NCBI RefSeq assembly: GCF_006345805.1
Contig: NC_043005.1
Location: forward strand, 32,612,001-32,676,000
Direction: 5' to 3'
DNA length: 64,000 nt
Origin: Octopus sinensis
Lineage: Eukaryota
The position numbers and the translations under genes are program-made. The notes below the pieces were generated by a model. That model worked only from the letters and a program-made list of their open reading frames with translations. It was not told the DNA's origin and made no database searches. This document shows, in pieces, positions 1 through 11,707 of the stretch. Within the stretch, counting starts at the first letter, position 1. Each line of letters starts with the position of its first letter.

Positions 1-317
1 CTTAGTTATCCCGAAATATTTTCTTGGATTTCTAGACTGAGTATTGTTACTGCAGCTAAAATTACCTACTTGTAAGTAAATATAAATAGATAGAGTAGTA
101 ATTAATTTTTAATTAGTTATAGCACACTCTTAGTGAAAAGTATTTCATCTAAGATGAACTGAGATGTGCCCTGGCAAGTATGTGTCTAATTACATGTACA
201 CACACTTACATGCATGTGTGTATAAACTATGTGCTTGTGTGTGCATATATATATGTATATATATATATATGTATATATACATACATACACACATACATGT
301 ATATATGTATGTCTCTT

Positions 318-696
318 ATCATCACCGTTTAACATCCGCTTTCTATGCTGGCATGGGTTGGATGGTTTGACTGAGGACTGGCAAGCTAGGAAGCTGCACC
401 AGGCTCCAATCTGCTCTGGCAAGGTTTCTACAGTTGGATGCCCTTTCTAATGCTAGGGTACTTTTTACGTGCCACTGGCATGGGGGCCAGTCAGGCGGTA
501 CTGGCACTGACCACACTCATTGGGCTTGCCAGGTCTTCTTAAGCACAGCATATCTCCAAAGGTCTCTCTCTTTGCAGCCTCATTAAATGCAAGTGAGCCA
601 TCATCCACGCGGACATATTTCTCTCCTATGGCATCATGATTCTCTTTGACACACTATCTTGCAACACAATGCACTTCAAGTCTTTGGTCCTCATGA
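318..696 (-). mobile_element. Internally deleted, 5'-truncated RTE LINE copy
   Basis: Minus strand reads EDQRLEV..CVKENHDAIGEKYVRVDDGSLAF (homologous to ~45730-45860) joined directly to the DLWRYAV ORF end (~47560), then the RTE 3' UTR and (GAT)n tail. Confidence 0.85.
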
Positions 697-778
697 TGCA
701 CACATACACACATGTATGTATGTATGCATTGTATATTTATACATCCGCATGCGTGCATATATATATGTACACACACAC

Positions 779-962
779 ATCGTTGGCAATTTTCTTCCTC
801 TATCTTCCCTTCTATTGGACTTTCCTCTGTTTCCGAAGAAGAGCATCTGCTCGAAATGTTAAACCATATTCCTTTCCTTTCCTGGGCATCTGCTAATACT
901 TTACATGTTCCATGTCCTCGCGTTGTTTTTTTTTGTGTTTGTTCTACTTTTTGGGATTTACT
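779..962 (+). mobile_element. Penelope-like terminal-repeat fragment carrying a minimal hammerhead-like motif
   Basis: Homologous to 59065-59260. Contains GTTT-CCGAAGA-A-GAGC-ATCT-GCTC-GAAA-TGTT-AAAC at 829-864. Flanked by CA/TA microsatellites. Confidence 0.6.
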
Positions 963-983
963 ATATATATGTGTGTGTGTGTG

Positions 984-1017
<34 letters not shown>

Positions 1018-1379
1018 TTATAGTTTAAATGTACAGAAAACAAAATGCTGAGACAAGCAGATGTTGTGAAAGATATTCTGTACTATTTTTGACTCTGTGT
1101 AATGAAATATTTGGTTTGAAGAATTGAATATATTTTGTCTGGATTTCTTTGAAATTCAATATATTGCAGTAAATTCTCTCTTGCGAATAGTCACTAACTA
1201 ACCCCAATAGTCTATCAGTATCTATCTATCCGTTATGTGTTAATTACCTGTTTTTAATGACTGTTTTTCATGGCCACACTTTTCCACTAATCTTACCCTC
1301 CACTTATTATTTCTCTCTTACAACTCAACACTGAAGTCCAATATGTCATCAACAAAAAGACATTGAGTTGGATGAATTA

Positions 1380-1490
1380 TAAGCATGCTGGGTGAAATAC
1401 TTAGCAGCATTTTGTTCATCTTCAAGTTCTGAGTTCAAATTCCCCCAAAATGACTGGACTTGTGCCAAAATTTGAAACCAGTATTTCATA
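1380..1490 (+). mobile_element. tRNA-derived SINE family A, internally deleted
   Basis: B-box GAGTTCAAATTC and 3' end GTGCCAAAATTTGAAACCA shared with the other copies in the window. Confidence 0.8.
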
Positions 1491-2301
1491 GACTAGAAAC
1501 AATATTTACAACTGGGCCACTACATTCTTTCAGTCAACATTGCTACCTATATAAATATGGTTTACACATTCACCAAGATGAGGAAGCTTCACTGCTTTTC
1601 ACTTTTTCTTTTTGTCGACTTATTTTTGTTTTTTCTTCTGTTAGGTCAGAGTGACATAAGAATCTATTGTTGTGTTTTCAAGCCACCCTTACAGACTGCT
1701 GCATTATTGTACTTCTAACATAACTGAGAAATATTTCTTCATTATTGTTACAATATTTCAGTTGCAGTAGTAATATTATCATTGAAATTAATGTGGCCAG
1801 CCTCTCATAACAAAACACATTTTTACACTATCTTCTTTGTTTTATTATTTTATGTCATTCAATTTGCTCATTTCCTTTGTCTATCTATCTACTTCCCCCC
1901 TCCCGTTGTAAATGGTTTCTAATTTAACATCTCTTTCATAATATGCAATGCTCACTTACCAAATTCTTGAAGACTTTTATCATCTACCTGAATAAACCCA
2001 TTATTCAAAACAGTTTTTATGACTTTAGGGTTCTTTTTAAGGAAGGAGTTTCCCTTTCTATTATTTCTGATAGCAGCAGCTAATGAAATATCTCAGTTCA
2101 GTAGTTGATTGCTAGAACCAGAATGGTAGAACCCTTCAGTTCTACCATCCTGGTTCTGGCCAACATATTTACTTCTCTTTGTCTATTACATCTCTATGTT
2201 TTTGTTTTTAATTCCAAACTCTACAGTTTTGAGTTCAGACACCATCCAATCAAGTTGTATGCACGAAAAAAAAAAGATAGAAAATATAAGCAGTAGAAAT
2301 A

Positions 2302-3581
2302 TCAGGTTGAGTAAAAAGTAAGCAAATTTTGCACCATGAAGAATTTGTACCGGAATTTTGCAGAGTTTTCAAATTTTTTTCAACATTTTTGGCAGTTGTC
2401 TGATAAAACAGATATAGAGTTGCCCAAATGCATCAATAAATTAACATTGATATCTTTTTCACTGTTGTTAAAATCATCAGAAATGGAAATTTCAAAGTGC
2501 AATATTCGAGCAATTTTGCAATTCAACTTTAAAAAAGGATGTAAAGCAGCTGAAACTGCTCGCGATATCAACAAAACATTTGGTGAGGAAATGATCAGTG
2601 AGTGGTCAGCTCAAAAATGGTTTAAACAGTTTTGCAGTGGAGACCTGAGCCTTGAAGATTGCGAGCATATTAGATGCCTATCTGTCATTGATGACGGTTA
2701 ATTAAAGACCGTCATTGAGAAAGATTCACGTAAAACCATGTGAGAACTGGGAAAAGAACTTTAAGTTAGTCAGAAAACTGCCTGCAGCCATTTGTATGTG
2801 ATTGAAAAATCAAAAAAGCTCAACAAATGGATATCACACGATTTGAATGAAAATTAGAAAATGCACAGATATGAAATTTTGCTCATCACTTCTCCGTAAC
2901 TAGACTGATCCACTTCTCGACTGTATTGTAATTTTCGATGAAAAGTGGATTCTGTACAATAATGAAAAATGTTCTTCACAGTGGTTGGACCAAAATGAAG
3001 CACTGAAAACCTTCCTAAACCTGAGCTCTTCAAAAAGAAGGTTATGGTGACTGTTTGGTGGTGTACTGCTCGACTCATCCACTATAACTTAAAACCCAAA
3101 AAGAAAACATTACTGCAGAAACATATTACAATGAGATTGTCAAAATTAATGAAAAACTGCTACTCCTCCATCCCAGACTGGTCAACAGAAGAGGGCCAGT
3201 CATTCTTCACGACAATGCCTGACTGACCACACATTTCACTAATGATGCTCCAGAAGTTGAGGGAACTTAGCTACAAAGTTCTTCCCTACCCAGCTTATTT
3301 CCTAGACCTTTCTCCTACCGACTACCACTTTTTCAAGCACCTTGATGGTTTCCTGTGAGAGAAGGAGTTAAAAAATCAAACAAATGCTGAAAGTGCATGC
3401 AAAGAGTGCATCAGCTCCAGAACTTCAGATTTTTGTGTTACTGGAATAAACAAACTTGTAACTCATTGGCAAAAATGTGTTGGGTGTAAGGTACTTACTT
3501 TGATGAATAAAATTACCGCCTTGAAATATGTTGTGATGAATTTCATGTTTCAAAACATTGCTTACTTTTTACTCAGTCTGA
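2302..3581 (+). mobile_element. Full-length (1280 bp) decayed mariner, Hsmar1/cecropia-like
   Basis: TIRs TCAGGTTGAGTAAAAAGTAAGCA (2302) and its near reverse complement ending 3581, with TA on both sides (2300-01, 3582-83). Transposase remnants inside. Confidence 0.95.
2483..3510 (+). pseudogene. Mariner DD34D transposase pseudogene
   Basis: MEISKCNIRAILQFNFKKGCKAAETARDIN; WISHDL; IVIFDEKWILYNN; KKVMVTVWW; ILHDNA; YFLDLSPTDYHFFKHLD. 34 residues between the 2nd and 3rd D after removing a 4-bp duplication. Multiple stops and frameshifts. Confidence 0.93.
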
Positions 3582-3623
3582 TAGTTATCTTGATGCAAAT
3601 ATGTCCATGATGACACAATGTTT

Positions 3624-3846
3624 TTAACCTTTTTGATCCCACCCGAGACTAGCCATGCTTCTAAGATATGAGTGATTTGTTTCAGAGTGATCTAAACTAA
3701 AGACTTCCATAAAAATTTCACTTCAATTTATGTTCCCAAAACTAACTTAACAATGACAGTTATTTTACTAAATTTTTCATTATTTTCAAAATTAATTGAA
3801 ATAAAGGCAGTGTGTTTCAACAGGAATATGGTAATTAAAGTGTTAA
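3624..3846. mobile_element. Probable piggyBac-type MITE (~220 bp)
   Basis: TTAA at both ends (3624-27, 3843-46) with degenerate CC(C)TTT...AAAG(T)G termini. Confidence 0.5.
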
Positions 3847-4800
3847 GATATTGGTGCATCATGATTGTATTGGGAAATATATTCAAATTCTTGGTCTGAT
3901 ATTGTTTTCTTGTTTTAAAACAATAACCTCATCTATTTAGCATTTTGTCTCTTTTTGCCATAAAAACTATTATCTAGTTTCCTCTTTCTTATAAAGATTA
4001 TGAAATCACTTTTTAATTCTTCTCTGTCTTCTTTTTTTTTTTTCAGAGGCAATTTTTTTTGCACCCTCTACTTAGAAATTATAAATAATTGCCCTTTCCA
4101 ATGTTCTTGCTTTGTCTTATAAACCTGCAAACGAGTGTGTGTGCCTATTCATCTATTTACTCGCACACACACATACACACACACATACGCACATTACTGT
4201 GTGATCAATTATCACAACAAATACCATAGTTGCTTCCCAGAAGTACTGCAAATTGTAGTAACAACAATTACTGCTACACCACAAGTAACAACAACAGATC
4301 GGTAGCCTCATTATTGCTAACAGTTTCTTTCTACACTTTTAGTCTACTCTTATTATTTACGCATGTCTACACACACAGTAAATATTCCTAAAACATACGC
4401 ACACACACTGACATGTCAGAAGATCCACATTTAAGTTATTTTCTCTTTCAATATCCCCCCACTCACCATATGCAAAACTCATAACTTTATCATTATTCAA
4501 CTTCTAGAACCAATAAGCTCAATAAATTTACATAATATTAATTCATATTTCATGATATAGTATTTATTTAATGTTATATCTATATATGTAATGTATATTT
4601 ACATAGTATATATGTTATGTATATTTACATAGTATATATATGTGTGTGTGTTTGTCTGTGTTCTGTTGAATGTTATTAAATGAAAACATGAAATAATGGT
4701 TATGGTTTCTATCATAAATCTAACACAGATATGTATTTTTCATATATTTCTACCAAAATTTATTCATTATCAATACTTTTAGTCTCTATACATATTATAA

Positions 4801-5001
4801 ATCATCATCATTTAACATCTATAGTCCATGCTGGCATGGGTTGAACAGTTTGACCAGAGCTGGAAAGCTGGAGATCTGCACCAGGCTACAGTCTAATTTG
4901 GTGTGGTTTCTACAGTTGAATGCCCTTTCTAATGCCAACCACTTTACAGGGGATTTTGGGTGTTTTTACATGGCATGACATGAGCGCTTTTATGTGGCAC
5001 C
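4801..5001 (-). mobile_element. RTE 3'-end fragment
   Basis: (CAT)n, TTTAACATC, CCATGCTGGCATGG, TTTCTACAG; homologous to 47780-47973 in reverse. Confidence 0.85.
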
Positions 5002-5008
5002 GTAGTAC

Positions 5009-5039
<31 letters not shown>

Positions 5040-5103
5040 TATTATTATTATTATTGGTATTTCCAGAGAAATATAGCAGTGATAACAATAATAGTAATAA
5101 TGA

Positions 5104-5290
5104 TTGTTTCTAATTTAGGCACAAGGCTAACAATTTTGAGGGGATGGGATTAGTCAATACCATTGACACCCATTATTTGACTTGTTCTTTATTTTACTTA
5201 CCCTCTGTGGATGAAAGGCAAAGTTATCCCTGGTGGGATTTGAACTTGGAATATGAAGGGCTGGAAGAAATCCCACAAGGCATTTTTATG
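5104..5290 (-). mobile_element. SINE family A
   Basis: Reverse complement of the family A consensus (GATGAAAGGCAAAGTT, GGGATTTGAACT). Confidence 0.8.
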
Positions 5291-5688
5291 TGAAGTTTTT
5301 ATAGCTCTGTCAATCCAATCCAGCACATTGTGTTATTATCATGATTGGGAAGTATATAAATAGTGGAATACTCCGAATAGAAGAGAGAAAACATTTCTAT
5401 TTAGTTTTAGAAAATGATTTAGTTCTCTGGTTCTACAATCAGCTTTTTTGTATTGCTGATTTAATTTACCTCTTCAAAATACAAAAATCTGAAAATGGAA
5501 CCCTTTCATACTAAGAATTTTTAAAAGGAAGGATTAAAAAAAAAAAAGGCTTCATGAAGTAGAATGAAATTTGAGTGGCTGCCTAGTAGATCTTTAGTCA
5601 GATAAAATATAGAATATAGTTTATTTTTAAATTTTGAAATCCCTACATTAACAAAGAAAAGCACCAGTTACAAAGACAAGTAGATAAC

Positions 5689-5715
5689 ACACACACACAC
5701 ATGCACACATGCGTG

Positions 5716-5766
<51 letters not shown>
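5689..5766. repeat. (CA)n/(CG)n alternating purine-pyrimidine microsatellite
   Basis: Seen directly. Confidence 0.95.
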
Positions 5767-6137
5767 TCAGCTGAATGGATGTTAGAAGTGTGTACCATGA
5801 AATTGTTGATGTATCAGGTAATGACTGATAGAGAAGTGTGTTTGTTTTGTAATCATCACGAATGATGATTGATGGGTAAGATAAATTTGGTGAAGCATGA
5901 TTAAATCAGGTGACATCAGTATATGTCTGGTATATATTTTATTAACTTTAGAGAAATGAAATTAAGTGAACCCTTTGCAGAACTGAAAATATGGAGAACC
6001 AAAGCAAGATAGTATAGCACTGCAACATTCATATAACTCTGCCGAGATTTTGCAAGCAGTTCTTTATATGATAAAACTTGAAAGCCTTGAACTTGTGAGA
6101 AGTTGTTGATTTTATTTTGGCTGAAGTTGCAGCTTGC

Positions 6138-6173
<36 letters not shown>

Positions 6174-7686
6174 TGTCTGTCCTATCATCTTTGGGATTGT
6201 GTTAAATAGTCCATTACTTCATTTAACAGAGTTCTTTGATTTTTTTATTGGGTCTCTCATTCAGCATATGTGGTGCCTGACTCTCCTCTCATCTGCAATG
6301 ATTAAAACTAGAAGGTTTTATCTCTGGTGTACACAGCAGCACTTATACATAGAGTGGAGTTTCAAAATTGAATGGGAGCAAGTGCTAGAGGTGGAGTGCT
6401 GTGTGGGGTAATGTTTGAGTAGATTGTGTAACCAAGTAACAGAGTGGAGAGGTGACATGAAGAAAATTGGCATCAACGTGGATCAAGTGTGAAGTAAGTC
6501 AAGTTGAGCAGATGTAAGCAATTTATTGAAGAGGTGTGTGTGTGTGTGTGTTTTGTTTACTGTTGCTTCTTCAATCTTCATTCTTCCCCAAGTAGTTGGA
6601 AGGAATCCAGTTAAAGATAGGGAGATGATATTATAGAAGTGGGAGGGAATAGTGAGGTGATGCTGTCTCAAAGGGAAACTAGGCTTATGGTCTTCTTATG
6701 CTTTTTTTTTCTCTCAATATTTTGTTTCTATTTTTATCATTTTTGCATTGTTTTTGTTCTCTCTATTTGTGTACTTTGTTTTGGGTTTTGAGGACTGGAT
6801 TTAATTACAAGTTCTACTAACCTTTACCCAAAGGGTATTTTATATTGGGAGAGGGATGAAGTAGAAAGACTCTATAGCTATTTGTTTGTTTAAAGTGAGA
6901 TGCACTTATTGTTTGTTTGTGTTACACACATAATATTATTGTTTATTTGTTTATTATATATATCTAGAAATTTGTTTGGGTAGTGGAAGAGAAACAAAGT
7001 TGGGGAGGAATACAAATAATGAGGGGTGAACATAAAAATGGTATGTGCAATGGTATATAGAACTGAAAATTGTAAACATTTTACCACCACTGCCAATTTT
7101 ATCCCTAAAATAAAGAGGTTTTAATGCATTTCAAGAATAAACCCAGTCTATTGTGGTTTTGCTTTCAGTATCACTGCTTGGTCATCAGTATCGTTAGCAA
7201 AGTTTACTCTGTTGCACACTCTGGGACCATTCACCTGGTTCTCTCTCTGTGCACATTTTTACCACAGCCATCAGTTCTTCAAACTAGACATCAACCACAC
7301 CAGCTTTACTAGTCTGGAAAGATCTTCCAGTTGTGATGGTCACTGTCTGATTTATTACAAAACAAAAATTTGTTACCAGTTTTTCTCCATCTTCACAATT
7401 GTTTCTGACATGGGTAGAGGGCTTGAATAAAATAACAGAAGGATGCATTACAAAATGTAATACCTGATATACAACAAGATGGATTGCCATGACTAGAAGC
7501 CTTTCATTGAATTCTGCTTATAGATGAAGTAAAGTCCTTCATATCACATGCTTTGCCATCTTAAAAATAGGAGGGATACATTGGACAATGATACACTAAA
7601 AGACAGGATGGTCACAGTTGTAATGCCTTTTATTTATAGATCTGCTTGATCAGTGTTATCTTATCAACAAGAGCTATAAGAATATT

Positions 7687-7936
7687 CACCATTATTATGT
7701 AATGTCCAATTTTCCGTGGTTGCACAGGTAAGATGGAATTTGCTGAGGCAGATTTTCTACAGCTGAATGTGCTTCCTGTCACCAACACTCTCCTGTTTCT
7801 ATGGAAGGTAATGTTTCCCTATGGCTAAGCCCTGTGCTGTAGTAGAAGATACTTGGTCAAGGTGCCATGCAATGAGACTGAACTTAAGATCACATTATTA
7901 GGAAGGGAGTTTCTTAACCACACACTCATGCTTGCA
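7687..7936 (-). mobile_element. Chimeric SINE: tRNA/CORE-like head of family B with an RTE-type tail
   Basis: Minus strand: TGTGTGGTTAAG..GTTCAGTC..GGCACCTTGACCAAGTATCTTCTAC, then GTTGGTGACAGGAAGCACATTCAGCTGTAGAAAA..GGAAAATTGGACATTA, resembling the RTE 3' end. Confidence 0.65.
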
Positions 7937-8748
7937 ACTATTATGTTGCTTGTGTTTATGTGTAGGTGAGCATAGAACACCCACCCTACAAAATGCTATC
8001 TTTAAGATAGTAGTGTGTGTGTGTGTGGTGTGTGTGTGTGTGTGTATGTGTGTGAGTGAGTGAGTGAGAGAGAGAGAGATACAAGGAATGGAGGGCAGCT
8101 ATATAACCTTACAGATATAAGAATCTGATATTTTATGCAGAATTTGATAGACATGAGTGATATTTTCAAATTTAATTATCTAGTCTAATACTTACAGTGA
8201 TAGGAGGATATGGTAACTGTAAACCCTATTTAAAAATGCATCTGTTTCATCCAAGTGACTTTGGTGCTAATGGGAATTGAAAACGACTTTCAAGGAAGAA
8301 TGAATGGGACATCCAATAATCACTGGTCTCCACAGGGTTCCTTTATTTGCTGTTTTCCTTGAATTCCATCATTTAATAAAGCCAACTCATCAGTGTTAGT
8401 TAATTAACTTTGAAGGATAATGATATTAAAAAGAACAACCCCCCCCCACCAAAAAAAAAACAACAACATTAATTTACTGATATAATTTAAATATAGGTCT
8501 CTGCATGAGGGAGAGCTTAATTGTAATAGGAGTAAATAACACTAATTTATGTGTTTGTGACATATTTCCATCTTCTGTTACAATTTAGCTTATATTACTT
8601 CTATAAGTTGTTGTTATTGATAACAAATCAACTCACCGAGATATCTCCTACCACCTATTTCAGGTATAATAAACTGTTCTTATATCAAAGACTACTGCTT
8701 ATTTAATATAACTTGTGTTATGTATCTTCTTCTTGATGTTCATCATCA

Positions 8749-8914
8749 AGGTAGAAAACTGGTAGAATCATCAGCACACTGGGCAGAATGCTTTGTGGCA
8801 TTTTGTTCATCTTTACATTCTGAGTTCAAATTCTACTGAGGTCCACTTTGCCTTTCATCCTCTTAGGATAGATAAAACAAGTACCAGTCAAGCACTAGGG
8901 TTGATGTAACTAAC
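8749..8914 (+). mobile_element. SINE family A, 3'-truncated
   Basis: A-box-like TGGTAGAATCATCAG, B-box GAGTTCAAATTC, CTTTGCCTTTCATCC. Confidence 0.85.
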
Positions 8915-8915
8915 T

Positions 8916-9560
8916 GTTGTCCAGTCTTGATCAGGACTGGACAACCAGAGACAGTATGATTTATTGTTTTTTCCCCATCACTGCATATTCTGCAGTTATT
9001 ATATTTTTCTTCATTATATATTTTTGTGGTTTCTGGTAGGGTGGCTTTGATTATCTGTTGGTATTAAAATTTCTTTCCTGTTTAACTTATCCTAGGATTT
9101 GCCATGTAAGGGCTTTTCTTGCAATTGTTTTATCATGGTATTTTGTAGTTTCAGTTTTAGCTTTGGTTTTAGTTGCTTTATAGCTTTTGATATTTCTCCT
9201 TTTTCTTCATAGTTGTAGGTATTATAAAATTTCCCTTTTATTTTTCGACTTCCTTGAAGGCAGAAAACAGTTCTCTTGTTTTGGGGAATTTGTATCAGCT
9301 TTCCTTGGTTCTGAGTTAGATATTTCTGTAGTCCTGTGGTGGATATTCTATAGTAGTTTTCTAGTTGTATAAGGCCTTCACTACCTTTAATTTGTTGTAT
9401 ATATAATCTTTCTGTTATATTTTGGGTGGTGTATTCTAAATTCTGCCATTGTTTTTCTTGTTTTCTTGGCTAGTTTGGTTAGTTCATTTAATGTCCAGTT
9501 AAGAATACTGTAACTTATAACTGGGTCAACTAGTGTGTCTTATTTTTCACATTCAGATCT
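8916..9560 (-). mobile_element. R4/Dong-like non-LTR retrotransposon fragment (RT thumb to CCHC knuckle)
   Basis: LNWTLNELTKLAKKTRK..HHPK..ERLYIQQIKGSEGLIQLE; LQEKPLHGK; NCRICSDGEKTINHTVSGCPVL. Confidence 0.85.
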
Positions 9561-9639
9561 GTATTATTTTAACTATTATTCTAATTTGTCTATTTTTTAA
9601 AATACATTTTTCACTTTTGTGTGTTGCACTGTATTTATG

Positions 9640-9790
9640 CCAAGAACCTTCCTAGCTGTCTTTAATGACACTGTTTTCTGGAGTTGCACTAAACTAGGTT
9701 TATGCCTATTTCTTCTATCCATCAGTTCACATCTTAAGGCATATTTCCTAACTAGCAAATCTACCCATCTATGATGGAGGCATAAAATGA
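9640..9790 (-). mobile_element. R4/Dong-like C-terminal fragment
   Basis: LVQLQKTVSLKTARKVL resembles the LQKxxLLGTARILRKVL terminus. Confidence 0.5.
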
Positions 9791-10181
9791 AGGAGGGATG
9801 TCATAACAGCAGTATGTATCGAGAGATGTGTAAATGGACTTAAGACACTTGTAGTGTCTTAGAGAAATCACATTATTGTTGGTGATACAGCATTCTATTG
9901 TAGCCATATGACATGTGTTTACGACTAAGTGATATGTGATGACGGTTCACTCCCAAGCTGAAATAGGCTCCCAGCCTCTGTATCATGAATTGTTATGTGG
10001 ACCACTCCTAACAAAAACCAGAACTTCCTTTAACCACTACATAAAAATATTAAGAAAAAATGTTTTTAGATATACTTTTATTTTAGTTGCTTACACTATT
10101 TTACGTTTGTTTATACTCTTATACATTCAAAGTTCACAAATTTCTTTATTTAAATTATGAATCATATTCCTTTCAAAATGA

Positions 10182-10370
10182 TTACAAAACTTCTTTGTGG
10201 ACGATATTTTCTGTTTGGTTGGCACTAATTTTTAAATTACTGGAGTCTGTTGATCTGCTCATAGCGACGTATAACTGGCTGTGTGTGAACATCAGTGTAG
10301 GTAAATATACACCTACACGATCTAAAGTCTGGCCCTGTGCCTTGTTTGCTGTGAATGTGGGAGCAGAATC
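10182..10370 (-). pseudogene. Helitron PIF1-like helicase C-terminal remnant
   Basis: TFTANKAQGQTLDRVGVYLPTLMFTHSQLYVAMSRSTDSSNLKI...TENIVHKEVL* matches helicase motifs V/VI and the canonical Helitron C-terminus. Confidence 0.88.
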
Positions 10371-10619
10371 TTTAGGGTTGCAAAAAGATCGACCTAAGAC
10401 TGACCTCTCACTCTTCTGTGTGAATAATGTCTGGATGTTCTGGTATCATGGGTTATTTGGATTGACAAAACTTGATGTAAACAACAGCCACTTCAATTAG
10501 TCATTTGAATCCTGCTCGAGGCCGACACTTCAATAACCACTAAATAATCACACACTATATACTGACACACACTTTTTCCATTTTATTTTCGCTATTAACC
10601 ATCCTCACAAACTCCTTCT

Positions 10620-11198
10620 TGTCTACAACGGGGGCTACAAACTGTACAGTGAAAATCCAGAGTTACTCTTGGTCACTGAATTTTTAATAAAAATGCAAAG
10701 GTGGTTTATCAATTCAAAAATCAATATCCACAAAATAATCATACTTTCTGATTTTTTAATGCTAAAAACCTTCCTAACAACCGTCTTTGTAATCCTTCAA
10801 AATATCATAACCATTGGTCCAACCATCTGGCTAAGGAGGGAATATGGACAGACAGATGGACATAATGCTCATTGTTGTAAGATAGCAAATTTGCTCATCT
10901 ATGATGGGAAATAAAGGGATAGTATCATAAATTGAAACTCTCTAAATTCACAAACTATATGGGGAGAAATCCAGAGTTAATCCTTGTCACTGGAATTTTG
11001 ACAAAAAAAAAATCAAAGGTGATTTATTAATAAAAAACTCAATATCCATTAAATAATCCTACTTTTTTACATTGTTTTCACTAAAAACCTTCCTGATTAC
11101 CTCTTTTGTAATCCCCCAAAATATTGTGACCATTGGCTCAGCTGTTTGACCTTGAAGAGGGAACAGACTGACGGACATAACACCCATTATAGTATGAT
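10620..11198 (-). mobile_element. Two tandem Helitron-like 5'-terminal modules (10620-10883, 10945-11198)
   Basis: Two clearly alignable ~260-bp units; each begins on the minus strand with A|TC, then A-rich sequence and TGTCC(A/G)TC(T/A)GTCTGT. Confidence 0.6.
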
Positions 11199-11324
11199 GT
11201 ACCTATAACTACAGGGATATATTTTACCTGCATTTTCTATAGCCTCTGATACTCAATGGCTAGGTCCTGGTACTTTGCTATTTTCTTGACACCTCTCATA
11301 TTCACTTCCTCATCATTTGGGATT

Positions 11325-11702
11325 ATTCTTTTATTCTTTTACATGTTTCAGTCATTTGATTGCGGCCTTGCTAGAGCACTGCATTAAAGGGTTATAGTTG
11401 AAGAAATTGACCCCAAGACGTATTCTTTGTAAGCCTAGTACTTATTCTATCTGTCTCTTTGCTGATCCGCTAAGTTTTGGGGGCATAAACATTGGTTGTC
11501 AAGTGATGGTGGGGAGACAAACACAGACAGAAAGACACATGTACATAAATATCTATAAATATATATATATATATACATATGTATATACATGATAGGCTTC
11601 TTTCAGTTTCCGTCTACCAAATCCACTCTCAAGGCTTTGGTTACCTAAGGCTATAGTAGAAGTCACTTGCTCAAGGTGTCCCGTAGTGAGACTGAACCTG
11701 GA
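11325..11702 (-). mobile_element. SINE family B (tRNA-derived, CORE-like; similar to octopus OR2 as I recall it)
   Basis: Reverse complement of family B: CTTGAGCAAGTGACTTCTACTATAGCC, GGTAGACGGAAACTGAAAGAAGCC, AATGACTGAAACA. Confidence 0.85.
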
Positions 11703-11707
11703 GTGAC

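Noticed and set aside
1600-1650. Long pyrimidine tract with TAG|GTCAGA
   Set aside because: The donor half is weak and there is no supporting exon; pyrimidine tracts are common in this composition.
7712-7733. CAG|GTAAG second recursive-site candidate
   Set aside because: Poor pyrimidine tract, and it lies inside a SINE tail in antisense.
10087-10500. 137-aa plus-strand ORF
   Set aside because: Antisense shadow of the Helitron helicase remnant.
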